Positions 62,880-64,000 of a DNA stretch of 64,000 nucleotides are shown in pieces. A program made the position numbers and the translations under genes. The notes under the pieces are model-generated. The model worked only from the letters and a program-made list of their open reading frames with translations. It was not told where the DNA came from and did no database searches. The stretch is from the NCBI GenBank assembly GCA_051362555.1, contig CM120642.1, forward strand, positions 8,060,001 to 8,124,000, given 5' to 3'. This DNA comes from Lingula anatina (Eukaryota; Animalia; Brachiopoda). How positions within the stretch are numbered: the stretch's first letter is position 1; each line of letters begins with the position of its first letter.

Positions 62880-63150
62880 CCAGTCTCCATAGCTCAGAGC
62901 TCCGACATCAGCACGACCCGCTAGCAAGACGACAGAAACAACTCACTGTGCAGATTTACGTGACGTCAACGACGGGTAAACACGGTTAGGCGTACACTGT
63001 GGTTACCGGTATGTTTTAGTGGTCCACAGTTTCTAAAACCCTTCGTAAACTTGAATAACTAACACTTAGACAGCAAATCAACTATAATAGACTTCTCTTG
63101 CAATTTTGTTTTAATATTATAGCAACCGTCTTCTATGAAATTACGTCACT
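62880..63150 (-). promoter_or_regulatory. Candidate promoter of gene 2
   Basis: CpG-rich stretch upstream of candidate exon 1 with perfect CRE TGACGTCA (62961-62968), forkhead GTAAACA (62976-62982), RFX-like half site TAGCAAC (~63120) and TTACGTCA (~63141). Confidence 0.4.
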
Positions 63151-64000
63151 GTTTTCCTTCTATCAGTATTACTGGTTTAAGCCTCTATATATTTCCCTAA
63201 AACACAAGTGAGTCACACTTGAGATATGCCATAATAAAGTTTGACACAAACTGTTGCAGCTTTCAGTCATGCAGAGCAAGTTCCACGAAAACTCCCTTGC
63301 TTGCCTTCGGTTGACCACTCCGATTTCCCCACGAAAACAACGCCCGGTGTGCGGTTAGCTACGCTCGACACAGTGCCCGTAACACATATATATATCTCCT
63401 CCGTGTTTACCAACGCATTTGAGTCCCTTACTCTCTACATAGAAACATGATTAGAACCAAGTTGACATAGTTGACATCGTTAAACACACACACCAATACA
63501 AAAGGGGTACAAACTGTTTGGCCAGGCTCTATCATTTACCTTTTTATTAATCACAACATTAAGCAATGGGTGATTAAATGAGGCGTGCTATGGGGTGGTT
63601 TGAGGTGTACTTGATAGCTGGAGTTAAAGCGACATGTTTGTGCAGTATTTGTGTGTGGATTAGGGGACTACCGTGACATTGGAGTGATCAATGGCATAGC
63701 GACGAGGTGCAAAAGTGTAACGCGACATAAAGCAGATCTATGGACTCGTGAAACGTTCCGCTTATTGACAATTAGATTAATTGCGTACTTTAGGTCTCTT
63801 TGTGACGTGAAAAGATATTAATCTACAAGTGTCAATAATATCTATTTTAAAAGGACGTTTTGCATTTACCTAGTAGCATGTACTTTTCATTTGGTGAATT
63901 TACCGTGTGAAAAGTTCAGACATGGACAACTTGATTAATAGTTCAGTCCACCGATTGCATAAATGCAAGAGAACCTGGCAAAAGAAACATTTACCTGTGA

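Overview
AT-rich eukaryotic (animal, probably invertebrate bilaterian) genomic DNA with spliceosomal introns, microsatellites and non-autonomous DNA transposons; no prokaryotic features, CRISPR array, rRNA or tRNA seen. Two minus-strand spliced genes can be assembled by hand. (1) A five-exon, ~49 kb gene (CDS 49543-49471, 24687-23707, 6072-5896, 3320-2925, 2581-255; 3954 nt, 1317 aa, all introns GT-AG phase 1). It encodes signal peptide + 8-Cys GOGO-type ectodomain + TSP1 + CUB + TM + long disordered tail, the architecture of Drosophila golden goal (gogo) and related to vertebrate THSD1/Tmtsp. (2) An upstream three-exon gene (62702-62670, 53289/53280-53041, 52541-52086; ~245 aa) that I cannot assign to a family. 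Its first intron holds a 6.1 kb composite element inserted in a (CA)n minisatellite, with AACCGAGGAC subterminal motifs, an internal higher-order tandem repeat and two nested MITEs. Other signals: three strong-context uORFs before the gogo-like ATG, SH2-ligand and SPxK motif arrays in its tail, and a sharp CpG-depleted to CpG-normal transition at ~36.2 kb inside intron 1. All counts are by eye and no database search was run.
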